From NCBI GenBank assembly GCA_964016885.1, contig OZ024746.1:68882001-68946000 (forward strand): a stretch of 64,000 nucleotides of DNA. Reading direction: 5' to 3'. Of this stretch, positions 1 through 12,898 are shown in pieces. Position 1 is the first letter of the stretch, and each line of letters opens with the position of its first letter. The DNA comes from Eledone cirrhosa. Its lineage: Eukaryota. A program made the position numbers and the translations under genes. The notes below the pieces were generated by a model. It did no database searches. It was not told where the DNA came from and was given only the letters and a program-made list of their open reading frames with translations.

Positions 1-2146
1 GAGAAAGACAGTCTCCCCCACATCGACCCAATAGAGGGACCAGCAGTGTTAGTCGAGGGTAGTATAATAAGTAAGGCAATCAAGGATATGAAGACGGGTA
101 AGGCGGCTGGGCCTTAGGAAATAGTTGCTGAGATGCTGAAGGCATCTGGTACGGTGGGACACACCATGGTCACCCGCATAGTTAACCAAGTCGTACAGAA
201 TGGGGTTGTTCCGAAGGACTGGCATAGCAGCATCATCGTTAACTGTTATAAGGGTAAAGGAGATTCCCTAGATAGGAGTAACTATAGAGGCATTAAACTA
301 ATCGACCAGGTCATGAAGGTCACGGAAAAAGTAATAGCGCAACTAATCAGAGAGAGAATTGACCTAGATGAAATGCAGTTCGGGTTTGTGTCAGGCAAAA
401 GTACCACAGACGCTCTTTACATTGTACGTCAACTACAGGAGAAGTACCTAGCTAAAGGTAAACCCCTCTACTTAGCTTTTGTCGACTTGGAGAAAGCCTT
501 CGACAGAGTCCCCCGTTCCATTATCTGGTGGGCCCTTAGAAAACTAGGTGTCGACGAATGGCTTGTGAGAGCTATACAAGCCATGTATAAAGAAACAGTG
601 AGCAAGGTTAGAATTAACAACGAATATAGTGAAGAGTTTAGCATAAAAGTTGGCGTCCATCAGGGCTCTGTTCTCAGCCCACTACTATTTATTATTGCCC
701 TTCAGGCTATAACAGAGGAGTTCAAGACCGGCTGCCCATGGGAACTCCTATACGCAGACGACCTGACACTCGTAGCTGAATCAATGGCCGAGCTAGAGAA
801 TAAATTCCAAACATGGAAGCACGGCCTAGAATCAAAAGGCCTTAAAATTAACCTGGCTAAGACTAAAGTTCTAGTTTGTAGGAAAGAAAATAAGGCGGCG
901 GTCCCTTCCGGGAAATGGCCATGCTCAGTGTGTAGGAAAGGCGTAGGTAGAAACTCCATTTTATGTCCCAAATGCAAAGTATGGGTGCATAAAAGATGTA
1001 GTGGGATCACAGGTAAGCTAACTAAGAACTTAGATTTTACATGTGGGTGGTGCTCTGGTGCAATAAGTAGCAGCGAGTGCCCACAAAATACTAACTCTTT
1101 CAATTGCGCAGAGGGCTCTATAGAAATAGTGGACAGCTTCCGTTACCTGGGTGACAAAATCAGCAGTGGGGGAGGGTGCTCCGAAAGTACAGTAGCTAGA
1201 GTCAGAACTGGATGGAAAAAGTTCAGAGAGCTTATACCACTATTAGCCGCTAAAGGGTTCTCCCTAAAAATGAAAGGCAGGTTGTATAAAAATGAAAGGC
1301 AGGTTGTATAAAAATGAAAGGCAGGTTGTATGATGCCTGCATACGAACAGCAATGTTGCATGGCAGTGAGACCTGGGCATTGTGCGCAGAGGATATACGC
1401 AGACTAGAGAGGAACGAAGCTTGCATGCTCCGCTGGATGTGTAATAGTAATATACGTGAACGGCAAAGCATAAACGAACTAAGGAAAAAATTAGAAATAA
1501 GAGGGATCAGATGTTGTTTACTCGAGAGAAGGCTACGTTGGTACGGACACGTGATGCGCATGAAAGTCGATAGCTGTATAACAAAGTGCAGGGTAATAAA
1601 GATAGACGGTAGCCATGGAATAGGCAGACCTAGAAAATCCTGGGACGAGCTGATAAACTCCGACCTCACACACTTACACCTCTCCAAGACAATGTCACTG
1701 GACCGAGACCTTTGGCGGTACTCAGTAATAGAGAAGACCCGCCTTACCTAAATACATAGTAAAACCTACTACAGCCAGTAGGCATCTCTAACAAAATACA
1801 CCCCCGTCCCACCACCCACACCCCATTCACACCACCCCCTCCTATGTAAAGTTATGTTGGTGCCACAACATCCAGGCCGAAACAAATGAGATCGTGTAGG
1901 TGTCACGACAAAAAAACACACAGTCCACGCTGTAATGTGGCCGTGTAGGCAACACGGTAAAAACCTCCCAGCCCCACACTGTAAATGTGGTTGGTGTTAG
2001 GAAGGGCATCCAACTGTAGAAAACCTGCCAGACAGTCCTATGCGAGCAAGACAATCACTCTTGCCTCAAGTGGGACTACCCCCGTCCAAACACATGCAAG
2101 CGTGGAACACGGACGTTAAACGTTGATGATGATGATGATGATGATG
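1..2146 (+). mobile_element. RTE-clade non-LTR retrotransposon (RT, internal PHD finger, 3' UTR, (GAT)n tail); disrupted, runs off the left edge
   Basis: ORFs 133-1311 and 1314-1751 carry RT motifs (NYRGIKL, QFGF, FVDLEKAFD, GVHQGSVLSP, YADD, YLG) and the RTE C-terminus (RRLRWYGHVMRM, GRPRKSW). In-frame TAG at 115-117; a 22-bp triplication at 1266-1331 causes a frameshift; (GAT)n tail at about 2125-2146. Confidence 0.93.
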
Positions 2147-2330
2147 TATGTATGTACATACATATACATATATATATATGTATGTATGTACATATATATA
2201 TATATGAATGTACATACATACATACATATATATATGTATGTATGTACATACATACATACATATATATATGTATGTATGTACATACATACATACATATATA
2301 TATGTATGTATGTACATACGTATGTATATC
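2147..2330. repeat. (TA)n/(CATA)n/(TATG)n compound microsatellite
   Basis: Direct reading of the sequence. Confidence 0.95.
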
Positions 2331-2530
2331 CTAAGAAGAACACTGAATAATTAAGAAAGCCACCACTATACAATATAGTGTTCAATTGATACAACTATTT
2401 GGCTCCTGGGGAAAGTATTGTTAGTAGAAACTTGACACAGTTGATTAAATCATAGTGCCAACATTGAAGAGAACAACAAATCTGACCTCTGATTAATGTC
2501 AGTCGAACACTGAACCAAATATAGGATTCT

Positions 2531-2565
<35 letters not shown>

Positions 2566-2671
2566 AATTATTTTGTACAGTGCTCAGGTGCACTACAACT
2601 CATCAAAGGTGCATGTATAGTACATAGAATAATGTACAAATGTCAGGAAAATGAACAGTGTATGAGTCATG

Positions 2672-2706
<35 letters not shown>

Positions 2707-3230
2707 TCGTCTTTATTAACCAAGGGTTTACATAAAGTAGACATTAAGGACAGTACAGGACAATACAGGACGGTACAAATGGGCATTTCTGCGTGTAAAA
2801 AAACAGAGGATGTAATAAAATAACAAAGAAAAATTCCCCAATAGGGGGGAGACTTCCAAGGGACATTTGTGGAGAAAGCCCATTAAAAGACCACAGTGAC
2901 CCTGACCACCAGGGCAAGTGACCTCTCCCAGTTTTCCACCTTTAATTTACAGACACATAATGAAATATTGTGTATAGTGCCCAGGTGCACCACAACTCAT
3001 CAAAAAAGTGCATGTACAGTACATAGGGCAATGCACAAACATCAGTAAAATGAACAGTGCACGAGTCATGATACACACATGTGTTCATGTGTATGGAAGG
3101 GGTACATCAGGTGTAGTTTTGGCGTATTTCGGGAAGCATGAGTGTCTTAAAGGATGCAGTCTCGGCAGCTAACAACTGACACAGGCAGTTTGTTCCATGC
3201 TTCAGCAACTCTGAGCGTGAAAAAATGTCT
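2531..3230 (-). mobile_element. CR1-clade LINE 3' fragment, same family as 42581-45529, interrupted by a Tx1-like insert
   Basis: Near-identical to 42581-42990 (tacagtgctcaggtgcactacaactcatcaaagg...gcaactctgagcgtgaaaaaatgtct), with a (TTA)n tail. Confidence 0.9.
2706..2956 (-). mobile_element. Tx1-like LINE 3' UTR fragment inserted in (TTA)n
   Basis: Absent from the 42.6-kb CR1 copy. On the minus strand it starts gtgtctgtaa..aggtggaaaa (compare agcctgtaggtggaaaa at the Tx1 stop near 20180) and ends aataaagacgac-(att)n. ataatg occurs on both sides. Confidence 0.6.
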
Positions 3231-3409
3231 ATATATATATATACACTTTAATGTCTATATAATTCTTACATATACTCCAGTGTGTATGTATATATATAAT
3301 CTTAATATATATATTAGTATCAATAAAATATCTGTAATACAGATGGTATTTTTTTTTTTACCATGTTGATTTTAACCTCTCTGTTATTCTCAAGTAGACA
3401 CGTAAACAC

Positions 3410-3522
3410 TAACACACACACACACACACACACATTTATATATATGTGTGCACTAACACACACACACACATTTATATATATGTGTGCGTGTGTGTGTGTG
3501 TATTTATGTATATATTTATATA

Positions 3523-3558
<36 letters not shown>

Positions 3559-3770
3559 TATATATATATGTATATATATATATATGTACATATATATGTA
3601 CATATATATGTACATATATATATATATGTATATATTTATATATATGTATATGTATATATATATAAATATATATATATATAAATACATATATATATAAATA
3701 CATATATATATATACTTATACATATATATTTATATATGTGCGTGTGTGTTTGTGTGTGTGTGTGTATCTG
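3410..3770. repeat. (CA)n/(TA)n/(TG)n compound microsatellite
   Basis: Direct reading of the sequence. Confidence 0.95.
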
Positions 3771-4559
3771 TGTGTACTAAGAGAAAGATTAGTTTGGCGA
3801 ACCTCAGTTAGATGGTCGATTGGTTTCCTGATAAGTCACCCTCTTATTGCAAGAGCACATTGCAAATGCTGCCCTGCCAAGTCGGTTGTGCACTTTACGA
3901 AGCCAAGATCAATGCCACTATGAAATTGGGCTTCATCGTTCAATAGTAAGCTTTCTCCTTCTCTATGCCATAGGCAAACTGCCATAATTATTGTAAGAAT
4001 AGCGTCAAATGAATAAGTTCATTCTCTTATACCTCCTCACCAATTGACAAAGAAATTTTGATAAGCAGATTTCTATTGTGGATCTGATTCAATGAATAGA
4101 GAGAAATAATTACATCAGAAAATGGAACTATAAAGTTGAATCTAGTGTAAGCTTGGTGGCGGCTGGAAAGGAAATTGTAGGAATAAAGTGGCTGGTTTTT
4201 GTCTGCTGGCGAAGCTGGTATCGGGGGGGGGGGGATATTGGTGGTGGTGGTGGTGGTGGTGGTGGTTTTGGTGGTGGTGGTGGTGGTGGTGGTGGTGGTG
4301 GTGGTGCTTGTGCTGGTGATGGTTATATGGTTATATGGTAGCAGTTGTAGTGGGGAAGGCTGGATGGTTTAAAATGTATAGTGGTGAAGTGGTGGTGTGG
4401 TTGGGAGGTGTGAAGGGTAGAGGTTTCCTCTCATTAAAGAAAGTTCAATGATGATGAGAAAAATAATGACAGGTGAGTGGGAGGAGAAAGGGGTGGGGCT
4501 TATGAATGTAGATTACTTTCAATAGTGTCAAATTGCAATAGATGTGCATGTTTGTGTTT

Positions 4560-4635
4560 GTGTGTGATCATGTGTATGTATGTACATATATGTGTGTGTG
4601 TATGAGTGTATACACACACGCACACACACACACAC

Positions 4636-4696
<61 letters not shown>

Positions 4697-4748
4697 TGTG
4701 TGTATGTGTGTGTGTGTGTCTATGAGTGTATACATATACATACACACT

Positions 4749-4784
<36 letters not shown>

Positions 4785-4831
4785 AATATATATATGTGTG
4801 TATGTGTGTGTCTATGAGTGTATACATATAT

Positions 4832-4890
<59 letters not shown>

Positions 4891-4936
4891 TGTGTGTATG
4901 TGTGTGTCTATGAGTGTATACATATACATACACACT

Positions 4937-4974
<38 letters not shown>

Positions 4975-5030
4975 AATATATATATGTGTGTATGTGTGTG
5001 TCTATGAGTGTATACATATATACACACACT

Positions 5031-5087
<57 letters not shown>

Positions 5088-5104
5088 ATATATATATATA
5101 TATA
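4560..5104. repeat. Higher-order compound microsatellite (recurring atatgtgtgtatgtgtgtgtctatgagtgtatacatat-(CA)n-(TA)n module)
   Basis: The module recurs about 5 times with variable CA and TA tracts. Confidence 0.9.
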
Positions 5105-5660
5105 TCATCCTCACCATCATCATCATCATCATCATTTAACATCCATCTTCCATGCTAGCATGGGTTAGAGGGGTTTGTCCCACTTCAGGCAAGATTGGTC
5201 GGGTGACCGTATCTTGATCCTATAAGACTGTATTTGGCAAGTTTCCTACGGCTGGATGCCTTTCCTAATGCCAACTACATTTACAGAGTGGACTGGGAGT
5301 CTTCTACACAACCACTTTATGCGTGGACTGGGTGCCTTTTGTCGTAACACCTACATGACCACTTTACAGTGTGGACTGGATGTTCTGTGGTACCAATATA
5401 ACGTTACAGAGAAAGGACGGTGTGTGGCAGAAGTGGGAGGATGAGGTAGGGGTGTGTGAGGTAGTGGGTGTGAGGTAGAGTGTATATTAGGTTAAGAGGT
5501 GTCTACTGACTGTAGGTTTAAGTTCATATGTAAGGGAAGGTGGGTCTTCTGTATTACGGCATAGCGCCAAAGACCTTGATACAGTGACATTGTCTTAGAG
5601 ATGTGTAAGTGTTCAAGGTCTGTTTTTATCACCTTGTCCCAGGTTTTTCTGGGTCAACTA
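5105..5660 (-). mobile_element. RTE LINE 3' fragment
   Basis: (CAT)n tail, ccatgctagcatgg stem, 3' UTR modules and the ORF end (TWDKVIKTDLEHLHISKTMSL) on the minus strand. Confidence 0.85.
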
Positions 5661-5670
5661 CCTCGTACTC

Positions 5671-5963
5671 TTTCCATGTGGGGATCGGGATATTCTTCAT
5701 GGAAATATCGGTGTCGAGTTTGGTCAGCAGGGTTTCTTAGGAGTGGTTAAGAGGGGCACAATAAGGTGCTAAAAGAGATGTGTATCCCGTGTTCAATTGG
5801 AGGTAACCACAGTACCTTACTTACTGTGGTTAGCCCCGATTGAATCCAGGATACACATATCTTTTAGCGCCTTACCATGCCCTTCTTAACCATCACCAAG
5901 AAACCATGCTGTCCAAACTCAACATTGATATTTCCATGAAGAATACCCCAATCCCCATGGAAA
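5671..5963. repeat. Imperfect ~290-bp palindrome (foldback/MITE-like)
   Basis: tttccatgtggggatcgggatattcttcatggaaatatc...taaccacagta pairs with tactgtggtta...gatatttccatgaagaataccccaatccccatggaaa; centre near 5817. Confidence 0.85.
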
Positions 5964-6073
5964 CAAAACTTGAAAACTCTTATCAGTCATACAGACGAGT
6001 TCATTAATTATATATGTACATATATATATATACATATATATATATACACATATATATATACATATATATATAT

Positions 6074-6108
<35 letters not shown>

Positions 6109-6759
6109 AAAAAATATATATATAGAGAGAGAGAGAAAGAGAGAACTGTTTCAGCCCCTAGAAATAAACAATGCAGTTATTTATAAGAAGAATTGAAATT
6201 AATGCATGCAAGATTTCGCAGCTCTAGCATCATTCCTTCATAGTCAGCCTATGGACTTTTCAGCTTCCCCACATATGATTATGGTAATGCAGTATACAAA
6301 TGGTTACATCTCAATATTCAAGAAATAATTCATAGGCTGAATATATGTAATATATGGTATTTGTGGATTACAGTTCCTCTTAGAGAAGCAGCATAAAAAT
6401 GGAGACAAAATATACAAACTTTTATGAGAACTGGCAGAAAATAAATACAGTGTATTTTGTTGTTAAGTTAAAATATGCCTGCCTCATATAAGACTGGTTG
6501 AATTCTGAACAAATATATAGAAGTTCTACTGGTTTATGTCGATACATCATCACCATTTAACATCCATTATTTCCATGTTAGCATGGGTTAGATGAGTTGT
6601 CCCATTGTGAGACAAGACCACGTCTTGCTCATACAGAACTGTTTCTGGCACCAAAACAACCACTTTACAGTGTGGATTGGCTGCTTTTTGTTGTGTCACC
6701 AAGATGACCACTTTACAGTGTTTGGTTAAGTTATATATTTGAGAGAATGATTTACCACA

Positions 6760-7450
6760 GATATTGCTGTATAAAAAAATGCAGGGCGATAAAAATAGAC
6801 AGTAGCCACGGAGTAGGCAGACCCAGAAAAACCTGGGACGACTTGATAAAGTCCGACCTCACACACTTACACCTCTCCAAGACAATGTCACTGGACCGAG
6901 ATCTTTGGCGCTACACAGTTATACAGAAGACCCGCCTTGCCTAAGTACAAAGCGAAACCTACAGTCAGTAGATACCTCTAACAAAATAACCCCCGTCCCA
7001 CTACCCCCACCCCCATCCACACCACCCCCTTAAATGTGAAGTTATGTTGGTACCACAACATCCAGTCTGAAACAAATGAGGTCGTGTAGGTGTCACGACA
7101 AAAAAACACACAGTCCACGCTGTAATGTGGCCATGTAGGTAACACGGTAAAAACCTCCCAGTACACACTGTAAACGTGGTTGGTGTTGGGAAGGGCACCC
7201 AGCCGTAGAAAACCCGCCAGACGTGTAGGTGTCACGACAATAAAACACACAGTCCACGTTGTAATGTGGCCGTGTAGGTAACACGGTAAAAACCTCCCAG
7301 TCCACACTGTAAACGTGGTTGGTGTTAGGAAGGGCATCCAGCTGTAGAAAACCCGCCAGACAGTCCTGAGCAAGACAACCAATCTTGCCTCAAGTGGGAC
7401 AATTCCCGTCCAGACCCATGCTAGCGTGGAAAATGGACGATGATGATGGT
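6760..7450 (+). mobile_element. RTE LINE 3' fragment with an internal ~139-bp 3' UTR duplication
   Basis: ORF end CCIKKCRAIKIDSSHGVGRPRKTWDDL; 7083-7221 is repeated at 7222-7361; (GAT)n tail. Confidence 0.88.
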
Positions 7451-7759
7451 GAGGATGATTGCAGTGATAAAGTGTCTTTCCTGTGAACATTTGTAACAGA
7501 TGCAACAGATGTCAAAGGGTTTGGTTCTTGTGATATTGATAATCTAACAGAAGAATGTATTACTTGTCTTAGCTGCTGGATCTATAAATGGCTTATGATT
7601 AGTAATGTTTGTTTATTCCTGGCAAAAGGAGTGTCTCACTCCAGCTGTGAACCTCACAGAACACACCCAAACATATTGAAGTCTCAGTTAAATCAAAGCA
7701 TTTTGAAATCACAAGCATTTTGAAAAACTTCGCCATGTATTTTCTTCAAATATTGTTCA

Positions 7760-8198
7760 AACAGAACAACAACAACAACAACAACAACAGCGACAACAAT
7801 CACTGAAACAACAACAACAGCAACAACAACCACAGAAACAACTGCAATAGCAACCACAGCAACAACAACAGCAACAACAACCACAGTAACAACAACAACA
7901 ACAGCAACCACAGCAACAACAACAGAAGCAGCAACAATAACAGCAACAGCAACAACAGTAGCAACAACAGCAACAACAACAACAACAGTGTCAACAACCA
8001 CACAGCAATAACAAAAACAGCAACAACAACAACAGCAACAACAACAGCAGCAATAACATCAACAACAGAAGCAGCCACAGCAACAACAACAACAGCAATA
8101 ACAACAACAGAAGCAGCCACAGCAACAACAATAATAACAGTAACAACAACAACAGCAGCAATAACAACCACATCAACAACAAAAGCAACTACAGCCAC
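7760..8198. repeat. Degenerate (CAA/CAG)n trinucleotide array
   Basis: Direct reading; the poly-V and poly-L ORFs here are artefacts. Confidence 0.93.
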
Positions 8199-9285
8199 TC
8201 CTTAATGTTTAGTTCAATAGAAGAACTGTTATATGGTTTTCTCTATCATAACATGGTTAGTTACAAAAGCAAATCTATAGAGTGACATTAACCCTATCAT
8301 TACTATTTCTTATGAAAGACACTGCTTAGTGCTGTATGAATCTTGGATGTGAACTTGTTCTATTTTGTTTGGGTTTTTTCCAAGAGATTATTGGTAAATT
8401 TATCATATCAAAATACATGATGTACATGAAATTACATAATAGCAAAGTTCACATTTTTCCCAAACAAATATGCTGATTATATAGATAGCTTGAAATTACA
8501 AACACAAATGCCAAAGCTGTCAAAAATTCAACATTTACACAAATATATCTATATTACTTAATTACATAACTATTTCACATGAAAATATAGAATCAAAATG
8601 AAAGAAAATAATAAGTCAACACTAAGTGTGTCAATCACCACAAGTGGTGCTGGAGCATCTCTTTAATACTTTTAAGGCAAGCCAACACACTGCAGCATTA
8701 CTGCGGGTGATAATGAGGCTAAGGCACTTGAACATCCAAGTACCCTCATGGGGCATCACCTGATACCTCAGTAAGGCAGGTCACCAACAATGACAAAATA
8801 TTGATTGACAGACAAATATTGAAAGACACTGGCTATGATTTTCAGATAATTTTGAAAATAATAAAGAATTTGGCAGAATTTAGTAATATAACTAACTTAC
8901 TTAGTATTGATATAGTGTTTGAAGCATAACTTAACATAGGTTCTTACAAGAAATTATGGTGAGAGGTTTTTAGATAAATATAAATATTTTAAATTAAACA
9001 GCTTTGCATCGTAGAACTAAGGATGGTTTCAGGCAGTTTGATATCAAAAGGGTTAAAGAAATGAAAGCCTATTGATGGATATGTATTTTTATGGTAGTTT
9101 CTTATGAAGCTGCAAATGGTTGTAGCTAGAAAAGCTGTCAGATCAGATGAAAATGTTTAAACACTGGTAGCACTGTCTTCATCATCTTTTACTTACAAAA
9201 GAGTGAGGCAAGAACCATTTTTGGACTGTTGAAGCAAGGAGCTCAGAAAAGCAAGAGAATTCTATCTTTCTACTGAAAACCACTG

Positions 9286-9624
9286 ATCATCATCATCATC
9301 ATTTTACGTCCGCTTTTCCCTGCTTGCAAGGGTCGGACGGGAACTGATTCTGGCTTGATTTCTACAGCTGGATGCCCTTCCTAACACCAACCTCATTTAC
9401 AGTGAGTGCTGGGTGCTTTTTTGCCATGGCATCTCCACAACCACTTTGCAGTGGAATGATAGGGACCCCAGTCCCTATCATCTCATTTCTACAGCTGAGT
9501 AAACTGGAGCAATGTGAAATAAAGTGTCATGCTCAAGGAAACAACACATCACCTGGTCTGAGAATTGAACTCACAACCTTTCGATTGCAAGGCCAATGCT
9601 CTAACCACTAAGCCATGTGCCTCC
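9286..9624 (-). mobile_element. tRNA-derived CORE-type SINE with RTE-like tail
   Basis: Reverse complement of the 12034 and 25252 copies. Confidence 0.85.
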
Positions 9625-10289
9625 ATGATGCATGTACTATTAAGGTGAGACTCTTCTGTGTAGTGAAAGTCATTGCTGTTCCAGCAAGAGTCAATGCCAT
9701 TTTGTTGGAACAAGTAGAACTAAGAAGCATCATGTGTTCTTTGTTTTATAATAGTGCATACTGTTAGTTCATTGTAATAATTTTGTCTTCCATTCCAACA
9801 GTAGGAAGGAATGTTCAATCCAGATCATCATCATCATCATGTCTGCTTTCCCTGCTGGCAAAGGTTGGATGGCTCTTCACAGATTGAGTCAGTATTGAAA
9901 CAAGTCTACTGACATCCCAAATAGAGTTCAAATTCATCTAACAGCCTAAAGGCAAAACTATTTTGTAACTGAAGATTTCCATGGCAACTCTAGCAGTTTG
10001 GCTGACAAAGGACTGATGCTAATTCTACCATCAATGATTGGTTCCCTATTAAATAAACTGTAAATTCCACAAATCGAATCTTGGAGTGCGAGTTCCTATC
10101 ATTGTCACTTCTAACAAATACAGTTTTTCCTTTATAATAAGCAATTTGTGGTAGTAGTGGTGCTACAGAAAAAATGCATCCAGTACACTCTGTAAGGTAA
10201 ATGATGTTTGAAAGGGCACACACACTCTTGTGTAGAAATGATGCCATATATGGAATGAAAGAGCAAGATGAGGTTGCTCCAATGATGAC

Positions 10290-10324
<35 letters not shown>

Positions 10325-10483
10325 GGAGGAGGAGGAGGAGGAGGAGGAGGAGGAGGAGGAAGACGTATTTACCAATTACTGCAATTCTTCTGGGTAATAG
10401 ATACCACAAGAACAATGCAGTATTAATATATATATACATATATATATATACATATATATATATATAGAGAGATAGATAGATAG

Positions 10484-10550
<67 letters not shown>

Positions 10551-11593
10551 TATATTTTTAAAATTGCTGAATAATATCTAAAATTTTGCAAAAAAAAAAA
10601 ATATTTTTGATTTTACAAGATACCTTACATAAAAATGCGTATGAAAATCGATATAAATAAAGATACAAATAAATGAAATGGAAGCAGTTTTAAGTTATAT
10701 GAATTTATTGCCTTGCATATATACAAAAAAATAAAAAATATTCAAATAATAATAATGCTTTTACTGAGTTTTTAAATATTCTAAAATGGATGTTACAATT
10801 TGTCTTTCTTCTTCTCTTTGTATATGGCCTGATAGCAACTGAGTGCATTTTCAACTTTTCCTCTGACTTGCATAATACTATCTACATTTGGATTTGTATA
10901 CTTTGTCATGTGACATGTTGTTGGCATATTAACCAGTTGGCAGCAGAGGATCATTTCACTCAGGTGATGAGAGCAAGGAGGTCTTCAACCATTAATGGAT
11001 TTAGAAATATTATTGTTTGAATCTAAACATAAAGGAATACTAAAGAAATAAGATCATTTAGGATTAAACGTAAATACAGTGATGTTTTCAATATAAAATG
11101 TTTGAAAGAAAAGCTGTTTCCAATGTATATATCATCATCATTATCATCATCATCGTTCAACATTAGTTTTCCCTGCTAGCATGGGTTGGATGGGGCTTCG
11201 TGGATCAAGTCAGTATTCAATTAGAGCTACTGAATATTCCTGAGTAATCGGCAGGAGCCTGCATTTTGTTTACATAGAATCATATGTCCTACCAAGTGCA
11301 TTCTAATATAACACCAATACTAGGGATGTTGTCATATCTTTGATGCTGCTGATGACTTCTCCCGACATTTTATTTAGCAAGCCTTCTACAGCTGTATATC
11401 CTTCTTATCACCAGCCACTTTTCAGGCAGTACTAAGTGTATTTACCGTGTAGCTCACTAATTTGTTTTAGCATAGTTTCTACAGCAGAATGTCCTGCCTG
11501 TTATCAAACTACCTTACAGGGTGTACCAAGTGGATTTAATGTTATATCTAGAAAGTTAACAATTTTAACGTTGATATTAACCATTATCTTTAG

Positions 11594-11782
11594 GGCGGTG
11601 GATTGGCAGTATCGGTAGAGGGTCGGACGCCATGCTTTCCAGCATAGTTACGTCCCTTTACGATCTGAGTTCAAATCCCGCCGAGGTTGACTTTGCCTTT
11701 CATCCTTACGGGGTCGATAAAATAAAGTACCAGTAATGCACTGGATAATTTCTGGCTTTGTGCCTAAAGTAGAAACAATTAT
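11594..11782 (+). mobile_element. tRNA-derived SINE family B (Meta-domain-like body)
   Basis: A box tggcagtatcgg, B box gagttcaaatccc, body gcctttcatccttacggggtcgataaaataaagtaccag; TSD attatctttag at 11583-11593 and 11778-11788. Confidence 0.85.
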
Positions 11783-12033
11783 CTTTAGATTAAAATACCT
11801 GAAGATTTTTATTAAATATTTCTAAAATGTATTGAAGGTAGGCCCACTGAAGAGATATGATATAATTAGACAATTATCTCTATACAGACCTATGTCAATT
11901 TGAGAGAATTTGTTATGCAGTGAGTTTAAAATCTCAAGGCCAACACATTTACATACCTCTGCCCCATCATAGCTTCCCATGGCCACACCATTGAGCTCCT
12001 CCCTATTATGGTTAACTCAATAAGAAATATTGC

Positions 12034-12413
12034 GGAGGCACATGGCTTAGTGGTTAGAGCATTGGCTTTGCAATCGAAAGGTTGTGAGTTCAATTCTCAG
12101 ACCGGGTGATGTGTTGTTTCCTTGAGCAAGACACTTTATTTCACATTGCTCCAGTTTACTCAGCTGTAGAAATGAGATGACAGGACTGGGGTCCCCTATC
12201 ATTCCACTGCAAAGTGGTCGTGGAGGTGCCACAGCAAAAAAGCACCCAGCCCACACTGTAAAGTGGACGTGTAGGCACCACAGCACCCAGCACTCACTGT
12301 AAATGAGGTTGGTGTTAGGAAGGGCATCCAGCTGTAGAAATCAAGCCAGAATCAGTTCCCGTCCCACCCTTGCAAGTAGGGAAAAGCGGGCATAAAATGA
12401 TGATGATGATGAT
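12034..12413 (+). mobile_element. tRNA-derived CORE-type SINE with RTE-like tail
   Basis: A box tggcttagtgg, B box gagttcaattctc, CORE-like ccttgagcaagacacttta...ctcagctgtagaaatgag, RTE 3' UTR-like tail and (GAT)n. Confidence 0.87.
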
Positions 12414-12687
12414 CAATGACTTCCAAGCATTTAAAATTGTATAAATTCCTGTACCATTAATGCCATGGAATCTTCTGCCAAATGTTACAGCTTTTAGGAG
12501 CAAACCTTTTATGATAGAGGATAAAACTCTACAATACCAAATAGGATGAGCTTACAGTTAGTTTTATCCACTATATTGTTAAATCCACTACTTAAACATT
12601 GGTAGTTGCTGTATCACATGTATTGTAACCAATAATTTAGACACTTCCAGTCTCCCTCCTCCCATTTATCTATCTATCTATCTATCT

Positions 12688-12705
12688 GTGGCTAATAAAG
12701 AAACA
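12688..12705 (+). mobile_element. Ultra-short Tx1 3'-end stub inside (TATC)n
   Basis: gtggctaataaagaaaca resembles the Tx1 3' end gtggcaaataaaagaaac (20433-20450); (TATC)n on both sides. Confidence 0.55.
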
Positions 12706-12898
12706 TATCTATCTATCTATCTATCAAACTAACTATGTATCTGTCTTTCTTTCTTTTCTCCAAACATAAACTAAGTTCCATATGTGTACATATATGCTCT
12801 CTCCCGGTTCCTATTTTTCTCTCACTATATATATATATATGACTGCCAAGACTGGAATTGAACCATCAGCACAGTTGAGGTATGTCATACATCAATTT

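Noticed and set aside
3780-4150. Possible coding exon or transposase relic
   Set aside because: Stops in all frames and no motif I can assign with confidence.
2066-5135. Many Y/I/M/C/V/H/T-rich ORFs in the ORF track
   Set aside because: They are translations of (TA)n/(CA)n/(CATA)n microsatellites, not genes.
12034-12105. tRNA-Cys-like gene
   Set aside because: It is the head of a multi-copy SINE continuing into CORE and LINE-derived sequence; no proper acceptor stem or terminator.
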